DNA of 55,345 nucleotides from a virus (Duplodnaviria; Caudoviricetes): IMG/VR virus record IMGVR_UViG_3300044971_001115, positions 1 to 55,345 of that record; one strand, 5' to 3'. Shown piece by piece: positions 51,342 to 55,345 of this stretch (position 1 is its first letter; each line of letters starts with the position of its first letter). The notes under the pieces were generated by a model. It saw only the letters and a program-made list of their open reading frames with translations, ran no database searches and was not told where the DNA came from. The position numbers and the translations under genes were made by a program.

Positions 51342-54300
51342 TCGCAGAATAGCAAAGACCAGAAATCTTTCTTCTTATCTAAACTCTTTAGATAATTCAA
51401 CAACAGCCTCAGCACTTCAAATCAATGCAAATAACTCTATTGCAGCTAACTCGATTGGCGAAGGTTCGCTTGCCGAAGAGCTTGAGATTTTTGATAAAAG
51501 TGTACAAAGTGGTAACTACGTAGAAGGCTATTCTGGCTGGAGGATTACCGGAAGCGGTAACGCTGAGTTCGGTAACGTAGTCGTCCGTGGAAATATTAAT
51601 GCATCCTCCGGAACAATTGGCTACTGGAATATCTCTAATCCATCAGTGACTCGTGTAATTGGCACTACTACTTTGCTTGGTACTTTTATTGAGAGCACCG
51701 CAGCAGGTAGTGATGATGGCGACCTAACTACGGGATCATATGTTGGATTGTTTAAGTCTTTGGACGCAGATGATTTAGTTGTAACCAATAAAGAACGCTC
51801 ATCTAACATTGCAACCCTAACGGTAGAGTCTCACGGATTTATAGTCGGGGATCAGGTATTGGTTTCATTAGAAGATGACACTACTTTTAATAATTTATCT
51901 GTTCCCGTAACTGTCACTGCCGTTACTCTAAATACCTTTACTTATGCAAATTCAGGCAGCACAGTCGCCTATTCGACAGCCACCGGGTATGCTCAGCTTT
52001 ATGTGGAAGACGTAGCTGGCCTCTACCTTCGTGACTACGGCAAAGCCGAGTTTGACTACGGATACTTCTCTAATAGAGGCGTCTCTTATGTGTCCTCACC
52101 GGAAATCAACTTCATCTACAACCCGAGCTTTGAGTATATAAACTCATCTTCTGTGCGTGTAGGTAGCACGACTTCCTGGGATCTTGCGAATCTCACAAGT
52201 TATGCCCAAACAAAAGCTATAACTAATGCCGTACAGAGCGGGACTACCGTAACTCTTACGGTTGGTTCTGGCCATGGGTTTGTTATTGGTGATCAAGTTG
52301 ATGTTAATGATGTTACGACAGTTGGATACACTGCCCTAAATAATGACAATGAAGTAGTGCTGACTGGGGTGGCTACTTCTACAATTACTTACACCTCTGG
52401 AACCAGTAGAACCCTGACCAGTGCTGCATGTAATGGAAACGTTGTTCGCACCGCGGCGGTAGATCCTGACGTATTGCTCAGTCGAGGGTCTTTTACAGCT
52501 GCATATGCTATGCAAAGTACGTACGGTATCCACCATGAGTGGACCACCACTGCCGGGGATGACTATCTAATTGGAACCATTGACTACAGCGAGATTTTAA
52601 ATAAAAAGTACACATCCTCGCTGCTTCCTATTTACTTTGGATTTGACGCGTTTATAGCCGCGGATATGAATCCAATAACTGCAACCGCTGTGACAGCGAA
52701 TGCCACTTCAGGTTCGATCACTGTAACCGTAGATCAAGCACCGAGCAACGATGGAATTGCTATTGGTGACTATGTATATCTGAGTTTTGTAGGAACTAGC
52801 CCTAGTAGCGGAGAGGATTTAATAGCTACAGGGTCTTATACGCCTTCAGAGCTATCTAGAATTTATGTTGTTACTGCTGTTGATAACACGTCTCCAGGAT
52901 TTAGCCTAACTGTGTCTCAAGCTGGTGGCATCAATACTACAGAGACTTTGACGCTATCTGCTCTAAAAGACGGGGACGGTATCGATAGGGCCTACTTTGT
53001 GTCTAAGGTTATAGCGGGAGCACTTAACCTGGAGGACATATACATAACTTTTGGTGCTGTTGATGTCCCTCTAGCCAACGTTGTAGACACTAAAACTACT
53101 GCGATATGGGCCGCAGGCGGTAATTACTACTACACTAATAATCCGTCTTCTCTAATGAATAGATTGCTGGATACCTCTTTTGGCGAGGCAAACCAGACAA
53201 TTACCCCGATGTCGAATCCTTATCCTGTAGTAATCGACAGCAGCAAACTCTATACCGAGTATAAAGCCAATGATCCTGCTGGTCTGGCCGCGGAAAATAC
53301 AATCAAAATTAAAATCCCTAACTGGGCCTACAAACTTACGTTTTCTAGTGTTGGTACTGGTATAGCAGTCTCTGCTACTAAAGCTACGTCCTACTCCGGA
53401 AACAACCTCTACCTTGTGTATGACAGTTTTAGTTTTAGCACTGTTAGTACTCCATTTTATGGAGACACTATAGGGGCACTTTCAAACTATGACTGGAAGA
53501 CATCAGCTAGTGCTCCGTCCAGCGTGTCTGCTAGCGTACTTGGAACATACTGGATTGATCTAAATCTTGATTCAAACACATTTAATTTAAATGGTTTGGA
53601 CTACATTGGGTTCTCGTCTAAAACCTATGCTTATTCCTACAGAGCTCCAGCTAATATAAACACGTATATGGGTCTGGGAACCGTCGCCTATGCACCTGAC
53701 ACTTCTGCGTTTACAGATCCAGACCTGCACTATCTAAACATTAGTTCCGCTGTTCTTCAGTTTCCTGACCCAACTACGCTATATGCAAACGGGGTCTACA
53801 CAAGGACGAGAAGCTACATTGACGTAGTCTCTTCTTACGGGGGTTCTGGTATAGAGATGTCTGCTCTGTTTGAACGTTTAGATTCGTCTGAGGTTGTTGT
53901 AAATACTCAAAAATCATCAATTATTGCCTATATTGACGAAGACGATAAATCGCCTCGTATTGCCTTGAATAGCCTTATGATTGATTTAAATGGTGCTGTA
54001 ACTGCAGATAACATTACTGCAAATAAGATTCGACTGACTCCTGCTGTAGACCTGAGTGCTTCTTCTACTGAACACAACTTCCAAATTGGAGAAAGCAACG
54101 GCCTCAACCTTAGAATTGATAACAATGAAATTGAGGCCCTCAATAACGGGGCTGGATCAACCCTAAACTTAAATGGTGCTGGCAGCGGGACTGTTGTATT
54201 TGGTGGTCTACTTGACTCAAACGACACCTATGCCAACGACATCACAACCACCCGTCGAGCCATGTGGATCTCGTCCGCTGGTGTTTTTGGTTACGCGTCT

Positions 54301-54594
54301 TCAAGCCGCACCAAGAAGCAAGACATTGTTTCGGCAAACATTGACATAAATTCTGTTTTGTCAGTAGAACCTAAACAGTTTAGATACATCAAAGCCGTTG
54401 AACAATTTGGAGCGGATGCCCCTATTGAACTAGGTATGATTGCTGAAGACCTACATGATGCCGGGCTTACCCACTTTGTGGACTATGGCCCAGACGGAGA
54501 CATTCAGGGCATCCACTACAGCACCTATGTGGTTGCACTTCAGGCTGTAGTGCGTGATCTAGCAGCTCGCGTTGCTGCCTTAGAGTCTAACTAA
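51334..54594 (+). CDS. Tail fibre/receptor-binding protein with a C-terminal S74 intramolecular chaperone
   Basis: SGWRITGSGNAEFGNVVVRG N-terminal motif; SSSRTKKQDI..FRY..GMIAED..IHY..coiled-coil C-terminus. Start reassigned to GTG 51334 behind GGAGG. Confidence 0.87.
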   Translation: MGSRRIAKTRNLSSYLNSLDNSTTASALQINANNSIAANSIGEGSLAEELEIFDKSVQSGNYVEGYSGWRITGSGNAEFGNVVVRGNINASSGTIGYWNISNPSVTRVIGTTTLLGTFIESTAAGSDDGDLTTGSYVGLFKSLDADDLVVTNKERSSNIATLTVESHGFIVGDQVLVSLEDDTTFNNLSVPVTVTAVTLNTFTYANSGSTVAYSTATGYAQLYVEDVAGLYLRDYGKAEFDYGYFSNRGVSYVSSPEINFIYNPSFEYINSSSVRVGSTTSWDLANLTSYAQTKAITNAVQSGTTVTLTVGSGHGFVIGDQVDVNDVTTVGYTALNNDNEVVLTGVATSTITYTSGTSRTLTSAACNGNVVRTAAVDPDVLLSRGSFTAAYAMQSTYGIHHEWTTTAGDDYLIGTIDYSEILNKKYTSSLLPIYFGFDAFIAADMNPITATAVTANATSGSITVTVDQAPSNDGIAIGDYVYLSFVGTSPSSGEDLIATGSYTPSELSRIYVVTAVDNTSPGFSLTVSQAGGINTTETLTLSALKDGDGIDRAYFVSKVIAGALNLEDIYITFGAVDVPLANVVDTKTTAIWAAGGNYYYTNNPSSLMNRLLDTSFGEANQTITPMSNPYPVVIDSSKLYTEYKANDPAGLAAENTIKIKIPNWAYKLTFSSVGTGIAVSATKATSYSGNNLYLVYDSFSFSTVSTPFYGDTIGALSNYDWKTSASAPSSVSASVLGTYWIDLNLDSNTFNLNGLDYIGFSSKTYAYSYRAPANINTYMGLGTVAYAPDTSAFTDPDLHYLNISSAVLQFPDPTTLYANGVYTRTRSYIDVVSSYGGSGIEMSALFERLDSSEVVVNTQKSSIIAYIDEDDKSPRIALNSLMIDLNGAVTADNITANKIRLTPAVDLSASSTEHNFQIGESNGLNLRIDNNEIEALNNGAGSTLNLNGAGSGTVVFGGLLDSNDTYANDITTTRRAMWISSAGVFGYASSSRTKKQDIVSANIDINSVLSVEPKQFRYIKAVEQFGADAPIELGMIAEDLHDAGLTHFVDYGPDGDIQGIHYSTYVVALQAVVRDLAARVAALESN

Positions 54595-54645
54595 CCGAAA
54601 TGTCATGTAGAATGTACCTATACGAACTACAAATTAAGGAATACA

Positions 54646-54831
54646 ATGCCAACTAATAATGAAGCCGCCGTATTTAATGAAGTACTCGCCATTACTCGTG
54701 AGCAGCTAGCTCGCTCCATGAGCCTAAATGCTGAACTTGAAGCTATGCTAAAAGTAGAGCAAGCTAAGAATGAAGAGCTACAGAAAAAGATTGCTGAACT
54801 AGAATCTCCTGCTGAGCCAGAAAAAAAGTAG
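54646..54831 (+). CDS. Small coiled-coil protein
   Basis: 61 aa, AAGGA RBS, TAGAAT at 54608-54613. Confidence 0.7.
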   Translation: MPTNNEAAVFNEVLAITREQLARSMSLNAELEAMLKVEQAKNEELQKKIAELESPAEPEKK

Positions 54832-54834
54832 CCC

Positions 54835-55305
54835 ATGATTGAAGTAAAAGACGGAAATAGAACGCTATATGTAGACGGCGTTCTTATTGGTAAATCTACG
54901 TCTTATCGTCGCGGCTCTACTCGCTGGATCGAGTTTGATCTCTATAAGACAGTCGGTGGGCAATATGTCCTATCACGAATTGGAGTATCGCTGGTCTACC
55001 ATGGTGCTGCTTGTAGCTTGGTAGCCACCTATAATCTTCAGGAACTGCCATTCAATGAGACCCATCGCGATAGCATTCCTTGCGACCGCTGTAATCCAGA
55101 CGAGAGTGCCGACTTGGTGTTCCCTGAGAAGAACCGATACTGGGCTCAGGTCAGTGACCAGGCTACTGCTGTTTTAGATGCTCTTTATAAGTACGATGAT
55201 GGCGGTGCTCGCTACCTGACTAACGTTGCTCAACGGTTGCTCGAAGAAGCAGCTAAACGCGATAAAGACATCGCCGAAGTGTATAGGTTTGAAATTATCA
55301 AGTAA
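54835..55305 (+). CDS. Hypothetical protein (possible Zn-binding)
   Basis: 156 aa; RWIEFDLYKT..G.YVL, H..C and CDRC residues. Confidence 0.75.
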   Translation: MIEVKDGNRTLYVDGVLIGKSTSYRRGSTRWIEFDLYKTVGGQYVLSRIGVSLVYHGAACSLVATYNLQELPFNETHRDSIPCDRCNPDESADLVFPEKNRYWAQVSDQATAVLDALYKYDDGGARYLTNVAQRLLEEAAKRDKDIAEVYRFEIIK

Positions 55306-55345
55306 ACCTGATACCATAGCAACAACAGAAAAGAAGAAAGACGAA

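Noticed and set aside
47467-52449. Diversity-generating retroelement template/variable repeat pair
   Set aside because: Differences are not adenine-specific, all copies are in-frame coding modules, and there is no reverse transcriptase in the window.
7552-54836. Numerous minus-strand and alternate-frame ORFs (e.g. 43978-44850, 35313-35912, 12043-12567, 31464-31988)
   Set aside because: All overlap long + strand genes, have Ser/Phe-rich shadow composition, and show no motifs or RBS.

Overview
This 55 kb window is the virion-morphogenesis arm of a large tailed phage, most likely a siphovirus of an actinobacterial host. The host call is an inference from the protein families, the NlpC/P60 hydrolase and apparent leaderless genes. 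All credible genes are on the + strand. Gene order: low-complexity non-coding region, NlpC/P60 peptidase, a structured RNA-like spacer, small membrane ORFs, HTH protein, terminase large subunit, DUF1360-like protein, portal, Dps, a ~28 kb block of giant multidomain proteins (3659, 648, 273, 2642 and 1575 aa, the last carrying the prohead protease), major capsid, second (putative vertex) capsid protein, tail tube, head-tail connectors, tail assembly chaperones, tape measure, Dit, baseplate hub and a tail fibre with an S74 chaperone. The standout is the block between portal and capsid, which reads as a capsid-packaged effector arsenal. One protein has about seven ADP-ribosyltransferase-fold domains of four types, a HipA/PI3K-like kinase and ParB/Srx domains. 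A second has a complete SF1 helicase and a zincin protease. The two share a homologous N-terminal domain, each is followed by small acidic immunity-like genes, and the head-block proteins are punctuated by a recurring [LIVM]-[TVIM]-A-[ASG] motif that may be the prohead-protease cleavage site. All family assignments come from motif recognition by eye, not from database searches.
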